From contig JAKEEM010000010.1 of NCBI GenBank assembly GCA_022616535.1, positions 21,769 through 85,768 on the forward strand: DNA of 64,000 nucleotides. Reading direction: 5' to 3'. How positions within the stretch are numbered: the first letter of the stretch is position 1; every line of letters starts with the position of its first letter. The position numbers and the translations under genes are program-made. The DNA comes from Chlorobiota bacterium (GTDB taxonomy: Bacteria; Bacteroidota; Ignavibacteria; Tepidaquicellales; OLB5). The notes under the pieces were generated by a model that did not search any database, had not been told where the DNA came from, and saw nothing but the letters and a program-made list of their open reading frames with translations. Positions 58,175-64,000 of this stretch are shown here, piece by piece.

Positions 58175-59080
58175 TCATAATCCCAGCAGTGATTTCAGCA
58201 GATACAGCCCGTCGGTAACATTCAGCGGCTTAATATTCAAATCTGTTTCCGCCTTTAATAGAATAAAGCTTGAATTCATAGGTCTTGCTGCTGCCTGGTT
58301 TAAGTCTGATGTCTTAATTGGCATTATCAGGTTTTCATCAAATCCGAAAATGTTTGCCAGCCTTACGGCAAACTCATAGCGGCTTAAATATTCGCTTCCG
58401 CAAATATGGTAAATGCCTGATTTATCCAAATCGACTATTTTTAAAATTCCCCACGCCAAATCGTCGGATATAGTCGGCATTCCAAACTGGTCATCGACTA
58501 TTTTCACAAGCAGTCTTTTTTCAAGCGAATCGATGAGCCAAAGTGCAAAATTAGGGCGAATGTTTTTGCCTGAGCCGTAGAGTATCATTGTTCTTACAAT
58601 CGAGCAGTTTATACCGCTGGTTATAAGTGCGTTTTCGCTTGCAAGCTTGCTCTTGCCGTAATAGCTTAACGGGTTCGGCTTTGAATTTTCATCATAATTT
58701 CCTGTTCTGCCGTCAAAAACATAATCGGTTGAAATATGAATGACTTTTGATGAATTAATTCTTGAAGCTATTATAAAATTTTTAACCGCATCAACGTTAA
58801 CTCTCCAACTTAGCTCACGTTCGGTTTCACAGCCGTCAACATTTGTATAGGCGGCGGTATTGATTATAATTTGAGGGTTAAATTTTTTAACCGCTTCCTT
58901 AACATCTTCCTTCTTAGTAATATCCATTTGAAAGTAATCAAAACCTCTTGAATCTTCAGCTTTGTCGTGAAGGTCACTCAGAATCAGCTTATGCTCGCTC
59001 TCGTTTCTAAAAACTTCAATAACTTTTTGCCCGAGTAGTCCATTAGCACCAGTGAGAAATATTTTCTTAGGCTCCTTCAT
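58175..59080 (-). CDS. rfbD: dTDP-4-dehydrorhamnose reductase-like SDR (RmlD family)
   Basis: LTGANGLLG, STDYVFDG, YGKSK catalytic YxxxK. Confidence 0.75.
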   Translation of the reverse strand: MKEPKKIFLTGANGLLGQKVIEVFRNESEHKLILSDLHDKAEDSRGFDYFQMDITKKEDVKEAVKKFNPQIIINTAAYTNVDGCETERELSWRVNVDAVKNFIIASRINSSKVIHISTDYVFDGRTGNYDENSKPNPLSYYGKSKLASENALITSGINCSIVRTMILYGSGKNIRPNFALWLIDSLEKRLLVKIVDDQFGMPTISDDLAWGILKIVDLDKSGIYHICGSEYLSRYEFAVRLANIFGFDENLIMPIKTSDLNQAAARPMNSSFILLKAETDLNIKPLNVTDGLYLLKSLLGL

Positions 59081-60025
59081 TTAACTTTCCCAGTTCCTCA
59101 ACACCGTTTAATTTAACATTTAAACCTGCCATTTTATTTGCAAAAACCAGTGAGTCCTTAAAATTGAAATTATTTATTATGTTTCTAAAAAAGAAAGCCG
59201 ATGCAAAAACATCGCCGCAGCCGGTGGAATCAGCAAAATTATTGTTCTCGATTGACGAGCCATTAGTTTTTCTAATGTTGAAAACATTTCCATTTTTACT
59301 TTTCTTTTCCGTCTCATAAAGACTTGCTCCCTGTTTACCCTTTGTAACAACAATTGATTTTACATTACATCTATTTAGGATATCGCGGGTGGTTTGCTCT
59401 TCAGAAAGATTATCCCCGGTTAAAACTTCAATTTCCGATTCATTCATTTGCAAGCTATCGCATAAGCTGCACCACTCAAACCAGTTTGAAACTTGAAACT
59501 GCTTCCTTGTTCCGTTAGGAAGTGTTTTCATTACAAGATTATGCAAATCCATATGGATGTATTTATTAAAATTTCCCTGATTTTTTTGAAAACATCTAAC
59601 TTAATATCTGTTCCTGATACCATGTTAATTAAAATTCCGCCAAGCCAGCCAAGTGTCTCTTTAGCTTGACTGAATTCAACAGGCAAAGTCGGCTCTGTTG
59701 AACTCTCCTCTCTGTCATAAGTTTTTTTTTCTGATGTACTTATAACTGAAGCACTTTCTTTATAATACAGGTTTACTACACGGGTTTTATGATGAGATTT
59801 GTATATGAAATCCGTTTTAATGTTTCTGAACCTGTTCAAAAAGGCAGTTACATTTTCATATTCATCTTCGCCTAGATTCATTACCGGATACACGTCCGCT
59901 TGTCCATCTGAAATCACCGCTAACGAAACAACAGAATATAAAATCCCGCCAAACTGTTTTTCATGTGAGGTTCCACGCCGGTGAATATAATCAATACACG
60001 GCTCCCCAATTACACCGAGTTTCAA
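59067..60025 (-). pseudogene. PfkB-family carbohydrate kinase, interrupted by a frameshift as assembled
   Basis: The N-terminal ORF (59531-60025) and the C-terminal ORF (59067-59552, with TGCGDVFASAF) are halves of one kinase. One extra A in the A7 run (plus-strand T7 at 59581-59587) gives ...DVFKKNQGNFNKYIHMDLHNLVM... Confidence 0.75.
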
Positions 60026-60164
60026 AACCGTCTTAACTGAAGTAATTTAATTAAAATAAAGAACAAATATACAAATTCGCCTGACCTTATTATAGTCAAA
60101 GACTTTACCTATGCAGAGACAATTCATGAATTGTCTCTGCCATGTTTTTTGTTTACTTTTGAAG

Positions 60165-61043
60165 ATGAATTTTTTAGTTTATGTGCTGTTTATAATTCTG
60201 GAAAAAGTCATACCGCTTTTTCCTTTATCATTTTTGCATTTTATTGTCAGACTAAAAGGACATTTATTCTATTATTTGGTTCCTATCAGGAAAAAAACGG
60301 CTTTTTACAACCTTAAGCTTGCTTTCCCAGATAAAACAAAAAGAGAAATCTCAAAAATTATTAAAGGGTGTTATGTAAACGTTCTAACAGTTATAGCTGA
60401 GTTTTTTTATATGAAAAAATTCAGCAGAGATGATTTATTCAGGATAATTAAGATGACTAATATTGAGCTGATACATGAAAAGCTAAAGCTGGGCAAGGGA
60501 ATTATTTTAATTAGCGCACATTACGGTAACTGGGAACTTACCGCTTATGGCGTGAGCCAAATGTTCAATAAACCTTTTAACGTAATAGTTAAAGAGCAGG
60601 CTAATAAGAAAATAGATGAAAGGATAAATATGATTCGTTCTGGTAAAGGAAACAGCATGATTGATATGAAGGATGCACGGGCGGTTTTGTCTTTACTGAA
60701 AGAAAATAAAATTGCTGCTATGCTCGGCGACCAATCAGCTCCAGTTGAAAATGTGAAAGTGAATTTTTTCGTTAAAGATGTTCCAACATTTGAAGGAGCA
60801 GCAAGATTTGCTATAAAAACAGGGGCCGCCGTTTTATTTGGTGTTTCCCAAAGAAATAAGGATAATACTTACTCACTTACACTTCATGACATCGATACAA
60901 CCAAATATAAGGGTTCGACGGAAGAAAATATCAAAGCTCTCACACAGGAGCACGTTGAACTGCTTATTGAATATATTAAACAAAGACCTGACCACTGGCT
61001 TTGGTTTCACAGAAGATTTAAACACTTAAAGCAATTTGATTAA
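60165..61043 (+). CDS. lipid A late acyltransferase (LpxL/HtrB family lysophospholipid acyltransferase)
   Basis: N-terminal TM helix, SAHYGNWE (HX4-type acyltransferase motif). Start moved to ATG 60165. Confidence 0.75.
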   Translation: MNFLVYVLFIILEKVIPLFPLSFLHFIVRLKGHLFYYLVPIRKKTAFYNLKLAFPDKTKREISKIIKGCYVNVLTVIAEFFYMKKFSRDDLFRIIKMTNIELIHEKLKLGKGIILISAHYGNWELTAYGVSQMFNKPFNVIVKEQANKKIDERINMIRSGKGNSMIDMKDARAVLSLLKENKIAAMLGDQSAPVENVKVNFFVKDVPTFEGAARFAIKTGAAVLFGVSQRNKDNTYSLTLHDIDTTKYKGSTEENIKALTQEHVELLIEYIKQRPDHWLWFHRRFKHLKQFD

Positions 61044-62061
61044 GAAAGATAAAATATTAGTGATTCAAACGGCTTTTTTGGGAGATGTTATCCTTGCACT
61101 CCCGGTTGTGCAGACATTGAAGCGACAATTGCCGGAAGCCAAAATTGATTTTTTATGCATCCCAAACACTGCACCGGTTCTTGAAAACCATGCTGATATA
61201 AAAAAAATCATCCCCTATGACAAAAAAGGAGCCGATAAGCTCGATAAATTCATCGAAGTCTTATCCGAAATCCGTGAAAATGAATACGATGTTGTAATTT
61301 GCCCCCACCGCTCATTCCGAAGCGCAATGTTAACGTATTACTCTGAGGCAAAAGCAAGGGCAGGGTTCAATAGAAACTCACTTTCATTTTTGCTAACACA
61401 AAAAATTAAATATGAGCAAAATAAGCATGAGATATACCGCAATCTTGAGCTTGTAAAAGCAGTTTTGGGAAAGGAATATGATGAAAATAAAATATCTTTA
61501 AAGCCCAGGCTTTATCCTTCAAATAACGATGTAAATTTTGTCCATCAACTCTTTAACAGGTCGAATTTAATTGCCTTCGCTCCATGTTCACGTTGGTTTA
61601 CAAAGCAATTAACCATAGGAAAGTCAAAGGAAATTATTCAAGGATTAATTAACGAAGGATATAACATTGCGCTAATAGGAGGAAAAGAAGATGAAACTTA
61701 TAGTAAAACTCTTGAAAACCAAATTAATGATGATTCCCTTCTCAACCTAAGCGGTAAGCTTTCGCCCTTGCAGTCATTTGTTGTTATATCGAAATCGAAA
61801 GCACTGATAACAGTGGACTCTGCGGCGCAGCATTTGGGCGCTGCAAGCAATACCTCTATTATTCTGATTTACGGCTCAACGAACAGCTCATTTGGTTTCT
61901 ATCCCCTTACATCAAAACATATTATAATAGAAAATAACTCACTAAACTGCAGGCCATGCACTGACCATGGACGTAATAAATGCCCTTTAGGACATTTTAA
62001 ATGTATTGAGGATTTGAAAACAGGAAAAATCATTACTGAACTGCATAAAATCACACCTTAA
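61036..62061 (+). CDS. glycosyltransferase family 9 (LPS heptosyltransferase)
   Basis: KILVIQTAFLGDVILALPV N-terminus and DSAAQHLGAA motif. TTG start. Confidence 0.85.
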   Translation: MIKKDKILVIQTAFLGDVILALPVVQTLKRQLPEAKIDFLCIPNTAPVLENHADIKKIIPYDKKGADKLDKFIEVLSEIRENEYDVVICPHRSFRSAMLTYYSEAKARAGFNRNSLSFLLTQKIKYEQNKHEIYRNLELVKAVLGKEYDENKISLKPRLYPSNNDVNFVHQLFNRSNLIAFAPCSRWFTKQLTIGKSKEIIQGLINEGYNIALIGGKEDETYSKTLENQINDDSLLNLSGKLSPLQSFVVISKSKALITVDSAAQHLGAASNTSIILIYGSTNSSFGFYPLTSKHIIIENNSLNCRPCTDHGRNKCPLGHFKCIEDLKTGKIITELHKITP

Positions 62062-64000
62062 GTTCCGGCTTCAGGTACTTTGCCGTATGAGAAATCTCAA
62101 TGTATTTCTTAACAAGTTCTTCAGGTGTTCCTTCGGCAATAATTCTCCCCCCAGCGTCGCCTCCTTCGGGTCCTAAATCAATAATCCAATCGGCTGTTTT
62201 AATTACATCGAGATTGTGCTCAATTACAATTACTGTGTTTCCTTTATCGGCAAGCTGGTTCAGGACTTTAAGAAGCATTTTTATGTCTTCAAAATGCAGT
62301 CCGGTCGTCGGTTCATCGAGAATGTAAATCGTTTTGCCTGTTTGAACTTTGGAAAGCTCTGTTGAAAGCTTCACTCTCTGTGCCTCCCCGCCAGAAAGTG
62401 TTACAGCCGACTGTCCAAGTCTTATATAACCCAATCCAACATCATACAACGTCTGAAGCTTTCTTTTTAGCGAAGGGATTGCTTCAAAAAAACCAACGGC
62501 TTCCTCAACTGTCATTTCAAGAACATCCGATATATTTTTGCCTTTATAACGGACTTCAAGTGTTTCACGGTTGTATCTTTTGCCTCTGCAAACATCGCAC
62601 GTCACATAAACATCAGGCAGAAAGTTCATTTCAATCCTTTTAAGTCCCCCGCCCTCGCAAGCTTCGCATCTGCCACCCTTAACATTAAAGCTGAATCTCC
62701 CGACCTTGTATCCTCTTATTTTTGCTTCGGGAAGAGCTGCGAATAAATCTCTTATAAAAGTAAATAAACCAGTGTATGTAGCCGGATTGCTTCGAGGGGT
62801 TCTTCCAATGGGTGACTGGTCGACCTCAATAACTTTATTGATATTTTTTAACCCCTCGATTGATTCGTACGTAAGCGGGGGCTCGGGAGTTTTAAAGAAT
62901 TTTCGTGAAAGAACCCTGTAAAATGTCTCGTTTATGATTGATGATTTGCCTGAGCCGCTGACTCCTGTTACGCAAATAAACTTTCCAAGCGGCATTTCAA
63001 GGCTGACATTTTTCAGATTATTACCTTTGGCACCTTTTAAAACAATCTTCTTTCCGTTTCCTTTGCGCCTTTTCTTCGGCACTTCAATCGATTTCTTGCC
63101 GGTAAGGTAAAGAGAAGTTATTGAATTCCCATTTAAGCCCTCCGGCTTGCCGAATGCAACAACATTGCCTCCGTGTTCACCCGCCCCGGGGCCTAAATCG
63201 ACGAGGTAATCCGCTTCACAAATCATTTGCTTATCATGCTCTACAACAATTACTGTATTTCCTATATTTCTGAGATTTTTAAGTGAATTAATTAACAAAG
63301 TATTGTCCCGCTGGTGCAAACCGATACTCGGCTCGTCCAGAATATATAAAACTCCCCTTAGCTGAGAGCCGATTTGTGTTGCAAGCTTTATTCTCTGCGC
63401 TTCGCCGCCGGAAAGAGTGCGTGCATTCCTGTCAAGTGTCAAATAATCAAGCCCTACATTCAGCAGAAAATCTAGCCTCATTTTAATTTCCTTTAGTATT
63501 TGCCTAGATATAATATGATGTCGTTCGTTAAACCTAAGCTCATCAAAGAAAGACCGTGCTTTGTTTATCGATAATTGAGAAATATCAAAAATGTTTTTCT
63601 CCCCGTCTTTTGAATCAATCGACACAGCGAGACTCGTTTGCTTCAGCTTCCCGCCATTGCAGTTGCCGCAAATGTTAGAGGTCATAAAGCTCTCAGCCCA
63701 GTTTGAAATATATTCCGATGTTTGATTTCTGTAGTAATCGAGTATAATTTTCTTGACACCTGCGAACCTGTGGCTGTAATGCCTTTGTATTCCACGAGAG
63801 TCAGTATACTGGTAATCCCGTTTTACCTTATCACCGTTCAGGATAATATCCATCTCCTCTTTATCAAGTTTATTTAAAAGTGTATCAAAGTCATAACCCC
63901 ATGACTCGATTAGCTGCCTTAAAACAGAAAATGTCCAGTTGCTTCTGGGCTTTCCAAGCGGGGCAATTCCTCCCTCGTTTATCGATAAATCTAAATCGGT
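62051..64000 (-). CDS. uvrA: excinuclease ABC subunit A, N-terminus outside the window
   Basis: Reading frame stays open past the tracked Met to the window edge (TDLDLSINEGGIAPLGKP...). Two ABC signature/Walker sets (LSGGEAQR x2, GVSGSGKSS) and zinc-finger cysteines (CEACEGGG, CDVCRGKRY). Confidence 0.96.
   Translation of the reverse strand, partial: TDLDLSINEGGIAPLGKPRSNWTFSVLRQLIESWGYDFDTLLNKLDKEEMDIILNGDKVKRDYQYTDSRGIQRHYSHRFAGVKKIILDYYRNQTSEYISNWAESFMTSNICGNCNGGKLKQTSLAVSIDSKDGEKNIFDISQLSINKARSFFDELRFNERHHIISRQILKEIKMRLDFLLNVGLDYLTLDRNARTLSGGEAQRIKLATQIGSQLRGVLYILDEPSIGLHQRDNTLLINSLKNLRNIGNTVIVVEHDKQMICEADYLVDLGPGAGEHGGNVVAFGKPEGLNGNSITSLYLTGKKSIEVPKKRRKGNGKKIVLKGAKGNNLKNVSLEMPLGKFICVTGVSGSGKSSIINETFYRVLSRKFFKTPEPPLTYESIEGLKNINKVIEVDQSPIGRTPRSNPATYTGLFTFIRDLFAALPEAKIRGYKVGRFSFNVKGGRCEACEGGGLKRIEMNFLPDVYVTCDVCRGKRYNRETLEVRYKGKNISDVLEMTVEEAVGFFEAIPSLKRKLQTLYDVGLGYIRLGQSAVTLSGGEAQRVKLSTELSKVQTGKTIYILDEPTTGLHFEDIKMLLKVLNQLADKGNTVIVIEHNLDVIKTADWIIDLGPEGGDAGGRIIAEGTPEELVKKYIEISHTAKYLKPELKV

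Overview
AT-rich bacterial chromosomal window with about 60 genes, mostly on the minus strand. Three secreted enzymes carry T9SS-type C-terminal sorting tails (...GVYFYKL...KKMxxxK*). Together with a CxxxY-type CcmE, an AddAB-like helicase/nuclease pair and several TTG starts on conserved genes (carA, carB, both TPM genes, the GT9 gene), this suggests an FCB-group organism, Ignavibacteria/Bacteroidota-like. That placement is inference only. Most of the window is housekeeping: recG, addAB-like, wbpB-like, pdxH, icd, ccmC-D-E, pyrG, kdsB, gatC, plsC, carAB, der, polyprenyl synthase, tatC, glyA, gmhB, glgA, hutI, serS, LPS-core genes and uvrA (runs off the right edge). I saw no rRNA, tRNA or CRISPR array. 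Five things are not routine. (1) A complete REPtron: a RAYT transposase bracketed by three copies of a 29-nt REP hairpin, pressed against the recG stop codon, with two orphan T9SS tail fragments beside it. (2) Three genes (AddB-like nuclease, an outer-membrane barrel, a PfkB kinase) are each broken by what looks like a single missing base. (3) An untracked 44-aa CcmD-like ORF sits between ccmC and a CxxxY-type ccmE. (4) Two adjacent tandem-repeat arrays (9-bp and 10-bp units) lie between two TPM-domain genes. (5) There are several small envelope-protein and lipoprotein/barrel modules of unknown function, plus families of GC-rich palindromic hairpins in AT-rich spacers. I found no convincing multi-gene novel system such as a defence island. 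The candidates below are modest and depend on database or genome-wide checks I cannot run.
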